Positions 26,016 through 38,213 of a DNA stretch of 64,000 nt are shown one piece after another (the stretch's first letter is position 1; every line of letters begins with the position of its first letter). The DNA is taken from assembly GCA_030390025.1 (NCBI GenBank), contig CM059432.1, forward strand, positions 66,404,001-66,468,000, read 5' to 3'. This DNA comes from Squalus acanthias (taxonomy: Eukaryota). The notes beneath the pieces are model-generated. The model did no database searches. It was not told where the DNA came from and saw only the letters and a list, made by a program, of their open reading frames with translations. Made by a program: the position numbers and the translations under genes.

Positions 26016-28150
26016 GGGTGCTGGATTTTCCCAGTGGAGGTGGGTTCGCGGCGGAAGAGCTGGTTAGTGGGTTCCAGTCCCACTCCCAGATGCAGCCGCT
26101 CTGTCAAAAGGATTTTCCGTTGATTGGGCTTGTTAAGCCTGCCCTGCAGGGTTCCCGGCCAATGAAAAGGCAGCGGGTCTGATAACGTCATTTGATGACG
26201 CGTCATCAGCCGGTTTCCTTAAAGGGACCATGGCCGCATTCATTTTGACAGTTCTGCTGTCAGTGTTCTGCAGCATTGAGGTGCTGCAAACACTGACAAG
26301 CACTGCACAAAGGTGCACGACTGCACCCAGGCTCTCACATAACGCATGTCACAGCACGCAGGGAGATTCTCTTCCCATCCCATGGGCGGAAGAGACCTCC
26401 CCAGGACACCAACACAGCCTGGTTACACATTGCACAGGAGGGCAAAAGCAGGGATGTCATCAGGAGTACCCGGCTGCAGTGGCGCAAACCTTTCAATGAT
26501 CTCAGTAGATCACGAAACGTTACTGCAAAGCCACACTCAACCTCATCCTGCTGTGCCACTCATCACATCCCCATAACTCTGCCTTCCTACCCTACTCCTG
26601 CACATCCTTACTCACACCAACTTACCTTGCACCTCTACCCATCCCTCTCTATCTACATTATCACTTCCCCATCTCACTAGCCACCCCTCACACTCACCCT
26701 CATCCTAGTCTGTAGGGGGTGGTGGTGTGTGTGTCAGCTTCACCTCTGACCTCTGAGCGGTTCGAATCGCTCCCACTCCCTTGGTTCTAGACCTTGGACT
26801 TATTTGGGGGTTGTGACAAAAGTGCAGCAGACAACTGGTTTGGTGCAAGAACTTTTGATATTTATTCAAGAGAGTAAATATAACACAACAATCTGAACAC
26901 TCTAATAAAATGGGGAACACTTCGGTACAAGCGAGGGAAATTACATTAGAAGAATACCTCACCCCTCCCAATCCCACTTCACTAGCTAAATTAGACTCTG
27001 GAGGACCAGGGATAATGCTCACCAAACGAATCCTTGACAGTTGAGATGGTTCACAGTTTTGGGGATCGCTGTAGTACCCACTTTTCCTCTGTTAGAGATA
27101 GGGTTTAGAGTCTTTTTAAGTAAAAAGTTTTGTAAGGCCCTTGTTGCCGTGAGGTGTCTGATGGTCACTGGGGCTGTTGCTCTGGTTTCTTCTTGTGGGT
27201 CGGCCTGCTTCTAGAGCTGCTGGCCTTCTCGGTTGAATTTCTTTCTGTTGCCCCCTCGCCTTGTTGAACGGTCTGGTTCCGAGCTGTCGACCTCCTGGCT
27301 AGACACGTAACTGCTTGTTCCTTGAACTGCTTGTTCCTTGCTGCCTGCTGCTTGTCTGTGTGACTCCTGTGCTTCTGCTGTCCTGCTTGTTGCTTGAACT
27401 TGTTTCTGTTGAACTGTGTACGGTTGTACTCGAGAACTCCTTTCTGTTGTAACTGTGTAACTACTCCACCCTTTAACTTGTAGAGAACTTGTTGTAACTG
27501 CTGAACTGACTTCTTGAGAAAACAGGCCCTCAATTATACTAATTGGGGCCTCCCAATCAGTCCCGGTTTATTGCAAGATTTTGGCAGGCTCGTAAACAGT
27601 AACCTGTTTGTGAATGTGTGAAGTGGTTTCGGGATGGCTCCATCCTGTCGATCTGCTTGCTTGATTGTAGCTGATTGTTCTCATGTTGTGAGTTTCTTGA
27701 CTGGGCCTGGGATTTCTACAGAGTGGGTCTAAGTGATCTGTTTTATGCATGTTTTGATGGGTCCTGTAATTTGGGTGGAGACTGTTCTTCCTCGGGTTCT
27801 ATTGTTAGGATGTTAATGTCTGATAGGGGCCGATTTAACTCCAAGCGAGGTCATGTGGTTCCCCAGACAGTTTGCATTAACTCCAATATCCAAACTGTCT
27901 TTACAGAGTTTGAACCCACCTTCCTTTACAGCCTTTTCTCCCATACAAGTCCAGACATTTCTTTTAAAATACCAAATCTTGGTTTTTGCTCTAAAATGTC
28001 CTTCAGTTAGGCCCAATGCATTCCACCACCCTGAAATAGTTAGAAAAGAGTCCAAATTCTTTTTCCTTAGGGTTTGTCTTCGAGTTTTGGGGGATCTGTG
28101 AATTTTGAGAATCTTACAAGTCCAATCATACCAACTAACAACACACAACA
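26016..28150 (+). mobile_element. Truncated Harbinger derivative (left TIR plus Myb exon 1), interrupted by the solo LTR at 26711-28118
   Basis: TIR-like GTGCTGGATTTTCCC. Sequence closely matches the reverse complement of 62160-62860. It rejoins as CATCCT-AGTC-CAATCATACC across the LTR. It sits within CR1 fragments at 25880-26015 and 28155-28730. Confidence 0.8.
26711..28118 (-). mobile_element. ERV-type solo LTR, 1408 bp
   Basis: Termini TGTA...TACA. 4-bp TSD AGTC at 26707-26710 and 28119-28122, cleanly splitting the host Harbinger. Minus-strand AATAAA at about 26861-26866 and TATAA at about 27534-27538. Confidence 0.85.
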
Positions 28151-28154
28151 CACA

Positions 28155-28730
28155 TCCTTGGCTTTATAAATAAGGCATAGCGTACAAATACAGAGAAGTT
28201 ATGCTGAACCTTTGTAAATCACTGGTTAGGCCTCAACTGGAGTATTGTGTCCAATTTTGGGCACCACACTTTAGGAAGGATGTCATGGCCTTGGGGTGGG
28301 TATAGAGATTTACCAGAATGGTACTAGGGATGAGGGACTTCAGTTATGTGGTGAGACTCACAGAAGCTGGAATTGTTCTCCTTCGAGCAGAGAAGGATAA
28401 GGGGAGATTTAATAGAGGTGTTCAAAATTATGAAGGGTTTTGATAGAGAAGGTAAGGAGAAGCTACTTCCACTGGCAGGAGGGTCGATAACCAGAGGACA
28501 CAGATTTAAGATAATTGGCAAAAGAACCAGGGGAGATGAGGAGAATTTTTTTTGTGCAGCGAGCGGTTATAATCTGGAGTGCAGTACCTGAAAGGGTGCT
28601 GGAAGCAGATTCAAGAGTAACTTTCAAAAGGAAATTGGATATACTTGAAATGAAAACATTTGCAGGGCTGTGGGGAAAAAGCAGGGGAGTGGGACTAATT
28701 GGAAAGCTCTTTCAAAGAGCCGGAACAGGA
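28155..28730 (+). mobile_element. CR1 3' portion
   Basis: Motifs RRIRGDLIEVFK and ITRGHRFK. A degenerate minus-strand CR1 APE-like fragment follows at about 28760-29160. Confidence 0.85.
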
Positions 28731-29478
28731 TCATCCACTTTTAACTCATCTACCTGATCTATTTCACTACTCAAAACTCCTCTCTAGTAACACCTCTCCC
28801 CTTGTAGGCATACCAACATACTACTTGAGGAAGGAGTGCTGCATATATTTTAGGAATTCCATTCCTTTTGCTCCATGTACTCCCTCCCTGTCCCAATCAA
28901 TGAGGGGGGTAATTAAAATCTCCTACAATAATAGTTTAATTATTCACACTCATCTCCCTGATCTGTCTGCAGATCTCCTCTTCCAATTCCCTCCCCACTA
29001 AGGCAACAATCCCTTTTTTATATTTGATCTCTAACCATATTGACTCTGTCTGAACCTCTTTTGTGTACATCAGCTCTCTCTACAGCATATATATTCCTTA
29101 TTTCAACAATATTGACATTCCTGCTCCTTTATTACCCATTATATCCTAAATATTATTATCCAACATACAGGAAACTCTTGTTTAACCGGCACCTAAATAT
29201 CCGGAATTCTCGCTTAACCTGGCAAAAATCATCCTCCAAAAACTCCTCTCAAATAACTGGCAATGTTGCCGAGTCGCAGTCCGAGTCTCCCGCGAACGCC
29301 GAGTACTCCGAAAACTGCCTCTCAAATAACCGGCAATGTTGCCGAGTCCGAGTCCGAGTCCGAGCCCGAGCCCGCGAACGCCGATTTAGTCAGTAGGGGT
29401 AGTTTTCAAAAGTGCCACTACTCGGCCTCCTGGCGCTGTCGGAAGTCCGAACAGTGCAGTAGCAGGAGTCTGATTCTC

Positions 29479-29978
29479 CCACACTGCCGGGAGTCTCTTC
29501 TGATCGGCCATTTTGCTGTGTGTCTCCCACGCTGCTGGGAGTCTCTTCTGATCCACCATTTTACTGTGTGTCTCCCACGCTGCTGGTACTGTAGTCTCTT
29601 CTGATACACCATTTTACTGTGTGTCTCCCATGCTGCTGGTACTGTAGTCTCTTCTGATACACCATTTTACTGTGTGTCTCCCACACTGCCGGGAGTCTCT
29701 TCTGATCGGCCATTTTGCTGTGTGTCTCCCACGCTGCTGGGAGTCTCTTCTGATCCACCATTTTACTGTGTGTCTCCCACGCTGCTGGTACTGTAGTCTC
29801 TTCTGATACACCATTTTACTGTGTGTCTCCCATGCTGCTGGTACTGTAGTCTCTTCTGATACACCATTTTACTGTGTGTCTCCCACGCTGCTGGAAGTCT
29901 CTTCTGATACACCATTTTACTGTGTGTCTGCCACGCTGCAGGCAGTCTCTTCCTAGCCACCATTGTTCTGTGTGTCTT
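29479..29978. repeat. Tandem array of 48/53-bp units inside the Tigger 5' region
   Basis: About 10 units of CCACGCTGC..GTCTCTTCTGAT..CCATTTTACTGTGTGTCTC. Confidence 0.95.
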
Positions 29979-30016
29979 TCCATCTTCATCGGCAATTATC
30001 TCCTCCATTTTGCATT

Positions 30017-31821
30017 ATGGAATTCCCAAAAGCTGGTCCAAGCAAAAGGAAGAGAGTGGTCTTAACTTTAAAACAGAAAATTGAGATATGCCAACGACTA
30101 GAAAGGGGAGAGAAGCGTATCAACATTATGAATGAATTCAAAATCGGTTCGTCAACAATCTACGACATCAAATCGCAGAAGGATAAGCTGCTCAAGTTTT
30201 ATTCAAGCTCGGAGACATCTAACAGTGTAGAGAAACGGCGTACGCTTCGTAAGCCTAAGCTTGAAGAGCTGGATACCGTGCTTTATGAATGGTTTTCTCT
30301 TAAGCGTTCAGAGGGTGTTCCAATTTCCGGACCCATGCTAATCGAGAAAGCGAAGGATTTCTATGTAAGGATGGAGCTCACTGACAAGTGTGCTTTCTCC
30401 GAGGGATGGCTAACGTGCTTCAAGTTACGGCACGGGATACGACGACTCGATATTTCCAGGGAGAAGAAATCAGCTGATCACGACGCCGCAGAAGAATACT
30501 GCGATTATTTCAATCGGATTGTGCAGCAACATGATTTGTCGCCAGCACAGTTATACAATGCCGATGAAACTGGCTTGTTTCGGAGGTTTTTGCCAGAATC
30601 AATGCTTGCTGGGGCTAGTGAGGCTAATGCTTCAGGTTACAATAAAAATAAAGATCGTGTAACCGTGCTAACATGTGCGAACGCCGCTGGATCACACCGG
30701 GTTAAACTTCTTGTTATCGGGAAGTATAAAAATCCCCGTGCATTTAAAAATGTGAGGCACTTACCTGTTGAGTACAAAGCTCAAAGAAATGCTTGGATGG
30801 ATACGGAAATCTTCTCCGATTTGTTCCATCATATTTTTGTTCCATCTGTGAGGGAACATTTCTTAAAATAGGGAAACCTGAAGATAGCAAATGCATTTTA
30901 TTGCTTGATAATTGTAGAGCCCATCCGCATGAATCCGAGTTGGTTTCGGGAAATATTTTCACCATTTATTTGCCACCCAATGTAACTTCTCTCATCCAAC
31001 CCATGGACCAGGGCGTTATCCAAAATCTGAAGTGTCATTACAAGAAAGACTTCCTACGTAAACTGATAAGCCAAGATGACAATATTCAAGAATTTCAGAA
31101 GGAATACAATATTAAAGATGCCATCTATAATGTTGCATGTTCCTGGAAATTGGTGAAAGGTCACACTCTGAGGCAAGCCTGGCGCAAGTTGTGGCCTTCT
31201 GTAATGTTTGCTGAAGGTTCTTCTTCAGAGGAGGAATTTCATGGGTTCAATGTTCATTCCAAGAAGAGTACAATAATGGAAATGGCTGGCATGGTGAAAA
31301 ATGTAGGCCCAGCAAACCCTCTACATCACCTCAGTGAAAGTGATATCGAGCAGTGGGTTGATGCAGATAGAGAAGTTGGTGTTGTGCATATGCTAAGTGA
31401 TGATGAAATAATTGAGAATGTTTTGAATCCAAAGAAAGAAAAGGAAAGTGAGATGGAAAGTGAAGAGGATGATATTTCTGAAGAAGAGAAGATTTCTTGG
31501 GCTAAAGCTGCAGAAGGATTATCTTCATTCCTCAAATTTGCTGAAAGGCAGACTTGCTACTCTGCCCAAGAAGTTATGCAACTCCATATTCTGCATTCCA
31601 CCTTTCTACAGAAAAGGCAAGAGTCCACTAAGCAAACCGACATCCGCAACATGTTTAAGAAAGCTTCCAAAAGAGTCGCAGCAGCGGAAGTGCCTGAAGA
31701 ATCTGTGGCATCTGTGGAACTGCGTGTTCCTGGTGACCCAGCTGGACGGATATTCCTGATGAACCAGATGACTCGGAATAAGTGTACAGTCAACTACAGT
31801 ACTGTATACAGTCGTTTATAA
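30017..31821 (+). pseudogene. Tigger/Jerky-like DD32D transposase (CENP-B-type HTHs plus DDE_1), frameshifted near 30865
   Basis: [36 protein letters not shown]; catalytic [14 protein letters not shown] and QPMDQG with 32 aa between D2 and D3. Two overlapping ORFs (to 30871 and 30793-31821). A probable second frameshift near 31745 would put the natural stop at about 31781. Confidence 0.92.
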
Positions 31822-32911
31822 GTTTTGTTTTACTGTTAAGTAATTAAAGAGTTATGGATTACCCTCAACTGGCAGTACTGTACTTAATCAAGCATCTTCC
31901 ACCATCCATTTAACACAACATTCTGTAGGTGAGTACCCAAATACTGTATACTGCACATTTCTTGATTTTTTTATTTTTCTTTGTTAAAAATAGCCTCGGT
32001 AGATATAACTCTCCGTTATCCGGAACTTTCGATCAACCGGCACCACGCCGGTCCCGTCGGTGCCGGTTAATAAAGAGTTTCCTGTACTTATTTTCCATTC
32101 CTGCACAGTGTGCAGCCGAGTTACTGTTTGTGCTAATAAATCTATAGTTTACTGTGACATAATTGCTTTTAATTCTCCCAAGTTATTTCCCACACCCTGA
32201 ATGTTGCAATACATACACAAGCAAACACAATGTTACGCTGTATTGCTCAATCAGTGCAGTATAAATCTGAGGCTGTCATGTTGAAGCTGTATAATTGTCT
32301 GGTGAGGCCACACCTTGAATACTGCAATCAGATCTGATCACCAAAGATGAGGGAAGTATCTAAGCCATGCAAGCAGTGCGAAGATGGGCACTGGTCACAA
32401 GGGCTGATTTTCCTAGCATTGCACTTTGAAATTTAATGCTAGTCTTGCCCCAATGATGTTATAACTACACGTGACCTGTTTCTCTTCATTTTCACTAGTC
32501 ACAAGTCAATTGATAGCAGCTCCCATTCAGACGGAGCACTATAGCACTTCAAACAGCATTGTAAATGCAGAAAAACAGGCTGCCAATTTTGCAAAAAGTG
32601 ACTAAAACCTACCTCTTTGACCAAGCTTTTGGTCATCTGCCCGAATATCTCCTTATGTGGCTTGGTGTCAAATTTTGTCTGATAACGCACCTGTAAAGCG
32701 CCTTGGGATATTTTAGTACGTTAAAGATGATATATATATATATATATATGCACAAGTTGTTGTTGTTTTGTGGACTACTGGTGTGATTTTTACAACAACT
32801 TTTCTTCTGCTGAAAGATTGCTCTGCTGGTCCTAATTTTGGGTGAGAGCTGGGAATTCAGGCAGGTGCTGTCTACTGCACTAGCATGGGGGCCCCTTTTG
32901 GTAAACTCTAT

Positions 32912-35282
32912 GGAGGAGAAATTCGCACCATTTATTACTTGCACCAGCCCCGTTTGGGGCGCTAAAACTTTAAAAGTTGAAGAATTAGCGCCAGGCTCTA
33001 ATCATTGTCGACTCCTGCGAAATTCATTGTTACAGCTCCAAGAGGGAAGTGGAGCACTAAAACAAGCGCAACACTCCTAACTTAGGGCGCTAACCTCTGA
33101 GAGCGGGGCGCTACCGGCAGAGCGATAAAGAAGGTCATGCGCAGTCCAAACGGCATTCTTTAATCACACAGGCTGCTTCCATCTCTTAAAGGGAAGGGCT
33201 AATCCCGCTGTATAGCCTCATAGTCATCAGTGGTGTTTTCCAACATGACCTGGGCGACTGCCATTGCAGCCCCCATCACTTTCAGAAAGTAGAGCATTTG
33301 GAGATGTTTGAGGAAAAGTGTAAAAAAAATTTGCACAGGCTGGTGCAAGTAATAAATGGTGCGGTCACTGAAGGCGCCTTTTTCGCGATGTTCAAGCAAC
33401 ACGGAAGCATTCCCTTTAATTACCACACCTGCAGCGCACTTCCGAGTGCACAACACCTCCTCTTACTGGCGTTGTTGGCGCAAGGCGCTAAAGCAGGGTA
33501 CTGAAGGAGGTGGCCCGAGAGATAGCGGATGCACTAAGTATGATTTTTCAGAATTCATTAGACTCGGGAACAGTGCCCATGGATTGGAGGGTAGCTAACG
33601 TTACCCCACTATTCAAAAAGGGGGGTAGGGAAAAAGCAGGTAATTACAGACCTGTAAGCCTTACATCAGTTGTGGGCAAAATGCTGGAGTCCATCATTAA
33701 GGATGAAATAGCGGAGCACTGAGCAAATGGGGACAGGATAGGACAGAGTCAACATGGATTTACAAAGGGTAAATCGTGCTTGACTAATCTATTGGAATTT
33801 TTTGAGGGAGTAACTGGTAAAATAGATGGGGGAGAGCCAGTAGATGTGGTGTACCTGGACTTCCAAAAGGCCTTCAACAAGGTCCCACATAAAAGATTAG
33901 CATGGAAAATTGAAGCTCATGGGATAAAGGGGAAAGTATTGACGTGGATAGAGAACTGGCTGTCAGATAGAAAACAGAGAGTTGGAATAAACGGCTCATT
34001 TTCTGAATGGCAGGCAGTAACAAGTGGGGTACCACAGGGATCTGTCCTGGGTCCCCAGCTGTTCACAATTTACATTAATGACCTGGATCAGGGAGTCGGA
34101 TGCAGCATTTCCAAATTTGCAGACGACACTAAACTAGGAGGGGGGGTGGGCTCAGAGGAGGAGACCAGGAAGCTCCAGAGCGATTTGGACAGACTGGGTG
34201 ATTGGGCGGATAAATGGCAGATGCACTATAATGTGGACAAGTGCGAAGTTATCCACCTTGGGTGCAGGAACGGGAGGGCAAATTATTATTTAAATGGCAA
34301 TAAATTGGGAGAGGGGGAAGTACAGAGAGACCTGGGTGTTCTTGTACACCAGTCACTGAAGGCGAGCATGCAGGTGCAACAGGCGGTCAAGAAGGCAAAC
34401 GGTATGCTGGCCTTCATAGCAAAAGGGTTGGAATACAGGAACAGGGATACCTTGCTGCAGCTGTACAGGGCACTGGTGAGACCACACCTCGAGTACTGTG
34501 TACAGTTTTGGTCGCCTCATCTGAGGAAAGATGTTCTTGCCATGGAGGGGGTGCAGCGGCGATTCACCAGGCTGATACCAGGAATGGCGGGATTGACCTA
34601 TGAGGAGAGACTATGTAGTTTAGGGATGTACACACTGGAGTTTAGAAGATTGAGAGGGGACCTCATAGAAGTGTATAAAATTCTGACAGGTCTAGACAGA
34701 CTAGATGCAGAAGGAATGTTTCCCTTGGTGGGTGAGAACAGAACTAGAGGACATAATTTAAGGATAAGGGCTAAACCATTTAGGACAGAAATGAGGGGGA
34801 ATTTCTTCACTCAGAGGGTGGTGAACCTGTGGAACTCATTGCCACAGAGGGCAGTGTACGCCAGCTCATTAAATATATTTAAGAGGGAATTAGATATATT
34901 TCTACAAGCAAAAGGGGTTAAGGGTTACGGAGAGAAGGCGGGGACGGGATACTGAATTGGAGGATCAGCCATGATCTCATTAAATGGCGGAGCAGGCTCG
35001 AAGGGCCGGATGGCCTACTCCTGCTCCTATCTTCTATGTATCTACGTATCTATGAAAGGCAATTTTGTATCGAGGCTGTTAACGGGGCGTTGCACACGCA
35101 TTTACGTCATCATGTGAGAGGTGCCAGAGGCCTAGGCGCTAACAGTCAGCGACGGCGCTAATTCACCACTGAAGGTTGCGTGCAGCGTTGGATTTGCCGC
35201 GGCCGGGTGCTCACCCCTTAGCTCCCCATAGCCCCCCCACCAGGTGCTAACGGGAGGCGCTAACCTACCGAATTTTGATGCC
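32912..35282. mobile_element. Harbinger-like MITE related to 9820-10588, split by a CR1 insertion
   Basis: Left GGAGGAGAAATTCG, right CGAATTTTGATGCC. Shares GCTCCAAGAGGGAAGTGGAGC and TTAGCGCC motifs with the 9820 element. Confidence 0.55.
33494..35054 (+). mobile_element. Relatively young 5'-truncated CR1 (RT domain to 3' tail)
   Basis: ORFs 33510-33722 and 33780-34955 are in the same frame, separated by one TGA. Intact YLDFQKAF, GVPQGSVLGP and FADDTKL. 3' UTR and (TCTATGTA)n tail. Confidence 0.95.
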
Positions 35283-35879
35283 GTTATATGTGCTACTTAG
35301 ACGAAGAGGAGGATGATAAACCGAACAACGTTTGAATGCCAGGGAGGTGAAGCAGCACTAAAGGAGGAGAGTACTTATACGCCATTACCCTGTTGAATGA
35401 ATTTATTGGCTACGGAAAATTTATGTAAGGAGCGTTCCACTCTGTGGATGCGCATAGTATTACACGTGTGCCATCTATCACCCCCTATATTTTGATGTAT
35501 TGTTTGGATCTGATGAACAGTTTACTAGTAATTTGCTGAACTGCTGACTAATGCTATAAATATCATCTGTGCCCCCATCTCCCTCCTGGTAGCCCATGAG
35601 GCATAGAAATTCAAAACCATTGTGACCTTGACTATCATGGATGGCACCGTGCCAACCTTGCAATCTGACTGGCGGTCGTCCTGCAACAGCTCACAAATGT
35701 TTAATACCTCAAAAGATTTTTGGGTAGGGCAATATAGGCAAAGAGCTGGATTTCCCTCTTGTTGGTGGTGTAGCAGCAGGGCCGGACTTCCGCCTGCTGG
35801 TTTGACCCTGTTGAAAACTCCCCAGAGCACATTAGGCATGTAGGGTGGGTACCCAGTGGGATCCCTGCCAACCAAGAGG

Positions 35880-36263
35880 GATTTATTCAGTTACTTAAAT
35901 AAATCTGGAATAAAAAGCTAGTATCAGTAATGGTGACCAAGAAACCACCAGATTGTCGTAAAAATCCATCTCGTTCACTAATGTCCTTTAGGGAAGGAAA
36001 TCTGCCGTCCTTACCTGATCTGGCCTATATGTGACTCCAGACCCACAGCAATGTGGTTGACTCTTAACTGCCCTCTGAAATGGCCCAGAAAGCCACTCAG
36101 TTGTAACAAACCGCTACAAAGAAATGTACAGTACTGTGGGAGTACCTTCACCACACAGTTCAAGAAGGCGGCTCACCACCACCTTCTCAAGGGCAATTAG
36201 GGATGGGCAATAAATGCTGGCCTTGCCAGCGATGCTCTCATCCCATGAACGAATTAAAAAAAA
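35880..36263 (+). mobile_element. SINE/LINE 3' fragment with A-tail
   Basis: Ends GGGCAATTAGGGATGGGCAATAAATGCTGGCC...AAAAAAAA, a motif typical of a common elasmobranch retroposon tail. Family not assigned. Confidence 0.6.
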
Positions 36264-36594
36264 TTTTTTTTAATTATCGGGGCTCATATTTCCAGCAAAA
36301 AACAAAACTTTTCCCCATTCCATAAATATGTTGGATTGTTACTGCAGCAAGATTTATTCTCCTATCATTATGCAGCTGTTAGAAAATTAATTTATCATAT
36401 GCATACCAACTACAATAAATTTGCAGGTGTAAATTAACTTTTATAACATAAGAAGGCACCAATCCCAAACAGTTTTGATTTACAACTACATAGAACTGTC
36501 TACTGCTGTATTCAACACAATTAAAGTCTCCATTGCCCATTGGGGCAGTGAATAAATGAATAGCAGCTAGTATATTTTAATACATTTTGGACAG

Positions 36595-36618
36595 GTGCTT
36601 GATATACCCATAAGAGAG
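36595..36618 (+). CDS. Candidate 24-nt microexon (VLDIPIRE) of an unidentified host gene
   Basis: TTTTAATACATTTTGGACAG acceptor and GAG|GTAAGT donor. Length is a multiple of 3, open only in phase 0, and lies in non-repeat DNA. Confidence 0.3.
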
Positions 36619-37485
36619 GTAAGTTATCATTTTATTTTTCATGAAGTTTTTCTGTTTTAATCTGGTGATCTTTACCTCCAGGGTGTGGGCTAGTTAGCGT
36701 GCAGGAAGGGAGGATTCCTGATGGGCTGTGTACCCACTGCTTTTGTTTTTTAAACAAACACAAGAAAGAAAAATATAATGATAGTAGCGGAGTGCAGGAG
36801 GCAGGTGGTTATTCTCCCTTGTTTTGGGAGTGATGATCCAATCATGAAAGTACAACCTTATGACACAATCTAACACAATGAGATTCATTTTAACCCTCCC
36901 TGGGCAAACATCAGCATGATGTCCTCCGCCTGCAGCCTGGGGCTCAGTTCCATATTCCGAGGGGGGGTGAGGAGGGGTGGGTAGTTGGCAAGAATTCAAG
37001 CAGCTCAGCCGTAGGATCAAACCAGAAATGTTATCCAAAGATCGCGGGGCATAAGTGGGGGGTAAGCAAAGTGCGCAGGGCATAGACCCGGGATCGCGGG
37101 TTTGGAGGTGAGGGTGGCCGATTGTGGCAGAAGGTTTGCTTGAGGGGCCGGGGGGAGTACTCCTGCTTTTCTTGGCTCACAAGCAGTGCTATATAAAGCA
37201 CTTACCTGCTTCATCCGACTGTTCCCATCTCCAGTTAGTTGTTGGGTTTCCCCAGCCCTGGGACACCCAGCTGGCCGGCCAGCATTAGATTTAAAACAGT
37301 CATCAAAATGAAGAAAGAACAAAGAAGAAACACCAACTTTTTCAGGAACAGCCTGCAACAGTTCCTTTAAGGACCACTGGTTAGGCTGCTCAACGTCAGG
37401 TACCAAGTTACGCAGCGAGTTGTTATGATCTGGAATGCACTGCCTGAAAGCAGATTCAATAGTAACTTTCAAAAAGGAATTGGGG

Positions 37486-37880
37486 CTATAAGAACATAAG
37501 AACTAGGAGCAGGAGTAGACCAATCGGCCCCTCGAGCCTGCTCCGCCATTCAATGAGATCATGGCTGATCTGATCCCACCTCAACTCTAAAGAACACAAG
37601 AAGCAGGAGCAGGACCAGGCCACTCGGCCCCTGGGCCCGCTCGCCACCCACAGGGCCTTGACCGATCCGAACTCAAACACATGTCCAATTTCCAGCCCGC
37701 TCCCCGTAACCCCTGATTCGCTTTACTTCTAGGAAACGGTCTATTTCTGCTTTAAATTTATTTAATGAAGTAGCTTCCACAGCTTCCTGGGGTAGCAAAT
37801 TCCACAGACCCACTACCCTCTGAGTGAAAAAGTTTCTCCTCATCTCAGTTTTGAAAGAGGAGCCCCTTATTCTAAATACT
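37486..37880 (-). mobile_element. CR1 3' end with a doubled 3' terminal module
   Basis: FKTEMRRNFFTQRVV...GYGERAG on the minus strand, followed by two successive GGCC..TCCTGCTCCT..TTCTT tails. Confidence 0.85.
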
Positions 37881-38213
37881 ATACTGAATTTCTCCTCCGT
37901 AGAGCTAACCAAAAGGGCCCCCCATGCTACTGCAGTAGACAGCGCCTGCCTGAACTCCCAGCTCTCACCCAAAATTAGGACCAGCAGAGCAATCTTTCAG
38001 CAGAAGCAAAGTTGTTGTAATAATCACACCAGTAGTCCACAAAACAACAACAACTTGCATATATATAGCATCTTTAACTTACTAAAATATCCCAAGGCGC
38101 TTTACAGGAGCGTTATCAGACAAAATTTGACACCAAGCCACATAAGGACATATTGGGCAATGACCAAAAGCTTGGTCAAAGAGGTAGGTTTTCGTCACTT
38201 TTTGCATCATTGG

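Larger units (their letters stand above)
29168..32084 (+). mobile_element. Full-length pogo/Tigger DNA transposon
   Basis: 26-bp TIRs CAGGAAACTCTTGTTTAACCGGCACC / GGTGCCGGTTAATAAAGAGTTTCCTG (24/26 match). TA TSDs at 29166-29167 and 32085-32086. Confidence 0.95.

Noticed and set aside
29479..29978. CRISPR-like regular repeat
   Set aside because: There are no unique spacers, the units are contiguous tandem copies, the context is eukaryotic, and no cas genes are present.
30017..31821. Domesticated JRKL/TIGD host gene
   Set aside because: It is flanked by TIRs and TA TSDs and is frameshifted, so it is a transposon copy.
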